A stretch of DNA of 64,000 nt from Oculina patagonica (taxonomy: Eukaryota), in contig NC_135763.1 in NCBI RefSeq assembly GCF_052425735.1, forward strand, positions 16,740,001 to 16,804,000. Reading direction: 5' to 3'. This document shows, piece after piece, positions 59,901 to 64,000 of the stretch. The translations under genes and the position numbers were made by a program. Positions within the stretch are counted from its first letter, which is position 1. Every line of letters starts with the position of its first letter. The notes beneath the pieces are model-generated. The model was not told the DNA's origin and ran no database searches. It saw nothing but the letters and a program-made list of their open reading frames with translations.

Positions 59901-61549
59901 GAGATATGTGAACTGCCTTTGTTGCCAGACATTAACTTTTTACATGAAGTACATGTAACAGCCAATCAGACATGATAACAATAACATATGTATCTTGACA
60001 TTATGATCAGTACAGGATTCAAACTTTAGGCAGCTCGTCAACAGGGGAGGTAGATATAGAGTAGATGTATATATTTATTCCAGCTACTGAACACTGTCTT
60101 TAGTAAAATAGGCAATGTCTTTAGGAACTCCACATTGTATACATGCACAAGTGATGTACATGTTACCAAGACTCACAAAAATAAAAACAAGAAATCAGTC
60201 TTTAGTTTACTGGTAACTATATACTAGTTATGCAACGCTTTTGAGTGGTATACTTAACAAATAGATTCCATTTTGCCGTGCGTCTGTTCAGTTATAGATC
60301 ACAGATGACATCAAAATGTGGTATGAACAGAGAAGTGGCCCATGAGGCGCTAGCCGAGTGGGTCACTGATGTTCATACCACATTTTGACGTCTTCTGTGA
60401 TCTATAACTGAACAGACCCACGACAAAATGGAATCTATTTGTTTTATATAATAACACAAGACTTCAACACACTTCAGTTTGAGCAATGTCGCCGTAAAGA
60501 TGAGCTAAGTTGTCTGATTTATTAAACTATTAAGTTTTCGTTAACACGAAGCACTGTTATAATCCGATTAATTAAATAAACAGAAAAATGGTCAATTGAA
60601 AGTCAATGAAAAAACTAACCTTTATTCCGATTTGGAAAGTTGTTCAAATCTGTAAACATAACCGAAGCGTTCAACCGTAATTCGTTTGTTTCCCGTGGCG
60701 TTGTCCAAAAATTTTGCACAACATCGGTCAAACTTTCATACAGATTTCGGATAATTTCTCGAATAATTCACTGTCTTCTTCAAGCTTGTTTCGCCCAGTT
60801 AAATGCTTCGAAGACCTTCAAAAGGTGAACGATGCTTGGCGTATTGTTTCTCACTGGACATTTGTAATTAATATCAGCTGAACTTTTTTGCTTTGTTGTC
60901 GCCTCGCAAGTTTGAAAAACTTTGCCGACAACTCTGATTTGGACTATGAACTCTGATCACGCGCGCGAGTCACACCACCGCGTGACGTCATCCATGTGTC
61001 TGTACTCTGATAGATCATAAGTTAAGAACCAATCAAAATGCGCGTAGAATTCAGGTTATTATATAATGTGGAATATCCCACGAGTCACTTGTATTTTCTT
61101 GGTATACACACTAGCCTTTAGGTGAGTGTGTATACCACGAGAAAGTGTTGTGTAACTATTTTATACCATGCCATAGGAAATACGCTTACTAAATTTCATC
61201 GAGAATAAGATCGCAGCGCACAATGGGAAGGTTGGGTTGAATACCGTCGAATATACAACAGCTTTCCTGTATTCTGATTGGCTGTATTTTCTATGGCATG
61301 GTATAAATGCCTGTAATGAACTCCTGGCCCGACAGATGCCAATGAAACTTGTCACTCTCGGACCTCTCATACAGGATTCCGACAGTCTGTTATGATTAAT
61401 ATAAACATTAATTAAAAGTGATTGCTCTCACCTGTTAAAATCATCTTAGCCTCCTGCTCACTGGGGAACATTTTCTTGCCAGTTTCAAATTCTAAAGTAG
61501 AATCTGAGTTGTGGACATCTTTATGCTTTCCTAGTCCTGTGTTGCCCAT
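53957..61549 (-). CDS. PRKAB1: 5'-AMP-activated protein kinase beta subunit (272 aa); PRKAB1/2 co-ortholog
   Basis: Exons 61549-61432, 59482-59305, 58639-58546, 56426-56303, 55621-55398, 54037-53957 in phase. MGNT N-terminus; carbohydrate-binding module PTVFTW..GG..V...GSFNDW...LPEGEHEYKFCVDGRW; SGSPPG; PPVLPPHLL; LLPEPNHVSLNHLYALSIKDGV; KYVSTLLYKPI. Probable 5'UTR exon ends at 63447. Confidence 0.96.
54731..55081 (+). mobile_element. Retrozyme-like non-autonomous element (~340 nt) carrying the hammerhead
   Basis: tttctgacagt repeated at 54731 and 55071; extensive internal pairing (54758-54769 with 55013-55024; hairpin 54781-54852). Confidence 0.6.
54923..54984 (+). ncRNA. Type I hammerhead ribozyme
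   Basis: Stem I accgcg/cgcggt; core CTGATGA 54939-54945; stem II gttc-caataa-gaac; GAAA 54960-54963; short stem III with palindrome ACAGCTGT; GTC cleavage triplet 54969-54971. Confidence 0.88.
56792..57234. mobile_element. pogo-type MITE (TA TSD)
   Basis: ta|ccgtaatgattcgatttagc ... gctaaatcgaatcattacgg|ta with aataagcgccc repeats. Confidence 0.85.
60254..61066. mobile_element. Hairpin-plus-tail repeat element, copy 2 (more complete)
   Basis: Near-identical to 47004-47691 but retains two segments deleted there. Confidence 0.8.
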
Positions 61550-62483
61550 TCTCTGTTTGTTTGTTTGTTTCTTTTTGTTCACAATTCCTCTATCACAAAC
61601 ATCAAGCTGCAAAAAGAATTGAGGCTGCTCTTAGAAATAAACTAACTAAAGGTAATTATATAGTTTAACCCTTTCTTACACAGGTACCCCATGGATCACA
61701 TAATTGTGTTAATTAACAAGATGTCTGTATTACAGGGCAGGAGAAATCTCAGGTCTGATTGCCTGAGGCAAGTGAATTTTGCTCTTGAGAAAGTGAAAAT
61801 AAACGTTTTGTGGTCTGATGAGCAAGTGAAAATTTTAAGCCTCTGTCAATAGTACGTTTGTGAGTTGTGTGGCGGCAAAAATATTTTAGTGGGGGCAAAC
61901 CAAAATGAATTACTGACCCACTGGGAAGTGGATTTCAATTTTCTGCCCTGTATAGCAAGAATGTTCAATATCACTTACAGACAGTGTAAAACTTTAAAAG
62001 CACTCACATTCATTACCTATACTAATTCAAAGCTGTGCTCTTAGACTAATTGCAGGGTGCCCAAAGACTCTTATGTAAGATATCTTGGGTCCCCAACTAT
62101 TAAAACCTTTCACGATAGCAAAGTTATACAAGTCAGCCAAAGACAAAAGTAAGTCTCCTGTGGCACCTGGGTTCTGCTAGAGAACAGCTCTCAATTGGTA
62201 ATTTTATGGTACTACTTTTAGCAATTGCACATGTGCATAAATTGTTATCAGTCAGGTAGATCAAGTTGGTGGGACATACATTCAGAAACCTGTTAAGACA
62301 TAAATATTCAATCCTTAATAAAGATGGGCAAGGATACATGAACCTGCATAGAAATGTGCTTGTTTATGCCAGCATTTTATCATGTTGAATTTACATTTTG
62401 TATAAGGTATAATGTGATATTAGCTACACCCCTAAACTTTGCCCATTTACCTCGTTTCTAACGCACAGCTGGGATCCTTATAA

Positions 62484-62882
62484 GGCCTGGTTCACACTAG
62501 CGACATAAGCATAACGACATAAAGAAAAGTTCAGTTCTTTTCTTATGTCGTTATGCTTATGTCATTATGTTCCAACTATGTCGTTATGTTGTTAAGGTAG
62601 GCTATTGTATTTTATTTAAAGTCGACATGTGGGGAGTGGTGCCCATCCCCGAGCCAGGGGCAGTAAAACCACACATTTAAAAATTAATTACAAGAAGCAT
62701 AATAATATATATATATATATGTACAAAAAAAATAAATAAATAAAAAATCAAGGTAAAACTATATACAGTTCATGCCTCCTAAGCGTCTATTGTTCACACC
62801 AGTTGGTGACATAAAACATCAAACATACAGTGTTTTTGCATTTGCGTGACCTTGCCGTTATGTCGCTAGTGTGAACCAGGCC
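62484..62882. mobile_element. PIF/Harbinger-type MITE (TAA TSD)
   Basis: taa|ggcctggttcacactagcgacataa ... ttatgtcgctagtgtgaaccaggcc|taa. Confidence 0.85.
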
Positions 62883-63446
62883 TAAGTACAGATTCTCATT
62901 TATTTTCTTGATCAGCTGAGTTAATTAGTTTCAATGGGAGATAATCAAATAAAACAACCGTGCGCGAGCATGAGAAACAGGGATTTCATAAACGAAACAT
63001 ACAGAAACTTGGGGAAGCTTAGCTGCCTTTAACAATAGGAAATATTGAGAGCAGCTATCTTATTTCTTCTTTTCTACAACTGCACAAAAAGTCACATCAA
63101 AATTACTAAGATCATTAGCTATAGAAACCCATCAAGGCATCAGATGGCCGATCAACTAAAAAGCGAAGTATTTTATTTCTTCCTTACTACATCACCCCCA
63201 AAGTTATGTCTAAAGTGCAATAATTAATATGAAATTTTACGCGGTCAAAAAATGATATTATTTACCTAAGCAGAAGTTTTTAACGGCCATTCATATCAAG
63301 CTTAGAACGTCGTGTGAATTTAAAGAAATCTCGGGTTTGACCAGTACATTAATCGCTCCACAAAAGCTTGAGCAAAACTAAAGAAATATGACCCATCTCT
63401 AACGTCTTACAATGATCAAAATAACTTTCTATACCAACAAAATTAC

Positions 63447-63830
63447 CTGTAACGGTCTTTGAGCACGAAATCATCACCAAAACACGAAATTTGACATTAT
63501 TTTTAGCTTTTATCCATGTGACCGCGCAGGAGTTGATGGGATAGATGGGACCCAGTTTTCCGACCTCATGGCCTACGGTAAGTCTGGGTCGAGTAAATCC
63601 GTACTTCAGTTTCGACTTCCGGTTTCGAAAACTTATATTTCCGGCTGTCGTTCAGAGAAACGACAGCCGGAAATATTATGTCACGGGTTTTTACCAATGT
63701 ATCGGAAATACGTCTGCGTTTACAAGCTAATAACAAGGCAGGCGATAACCAGATAGGATAATGGCAGGAAAAAGTTGGTTTCAATCACTTATATTGCTGT
63801 TGTGTGTCATTATTCAAGGTAGGTTTTAAG
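63447..63830. promoter_or_regulatory. Probable AMPK-beta promoter and first exon, possibly bidirectional
   Basis: Minus-strand donor acag|gtaat at 63446; CpG-richer stretch with several ETS-like CGGAA(G/A)T motifs (~63615-63710); plus-strand donor-like aag|gtagg at ~63819. Confidence 0.45.
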
Positions 63831-64000
63831 AAGACTATTTTAGACATTATCAGTCTATGCACTTCGGTATCGGTAAAGTTGTGACCGGTTTCTTGTTGAA
63901 CACTCGATCCTTCTCGATCGTGACATTTCTTCGTTGCTTATTAAGTGAATTAGAAAGTTCATTGAAATTTAGGTGGTTCTTCCAGCATCATCCAGATGAT

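Noticed and set aside
61811-61840. ctgatgagcaagtgaaa resembling a hammerhead core
   Set aside because: No proper stem II, stem III, NUH site or stem I complement; lies inside a CAGGG..CCCTG MITE.

Overview
Eukaryotic (animal) genomic DNA: AT-rich, with GT-AG introns and dense transposon and MITE content. Gene content and repeat types suggest an anthozoan cnidarian, probably a stony coral (inference). Genes reconstructed by hand, in order: a TPR+CHAT protease-like gene (-), CRYL1 (-, 7 coding exons), an A20/TNFAIP3-like OTU deubiquitinase with 10 A20-type zinc fingers (+), RPL24 (-, 5 exons) hosting a U34/SNORD34-like box C/D snoRNA, a single-exon CCDC28 gene (+) head-to-head with RPL24, a spliced 75-aa secreted cysteine-rich peptide gene that the ORF track misses (+), and an AMPK beta subunit gene (-, 6 coding exons). 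Mobile DNA includes a young 5'-truncated Tx1/L1-like LINE with TSD, a pogo DD35D transposase fragment, an RTE fragment, SINEs, and many MITEs, often nested. Highlights: (1) the hidden signal-peptide/propeptide/6-Cys peptide gene at 48761-51027; (2) an intact type I hammerhead ribozyme in a highly structured ~340-nt retrozyme-like unit at 54731-55081; (3) tandem NF-kB sites in the A20-like promoter; (4) the intronic snoRNA. All gene models are manual reads without transcript evidence.
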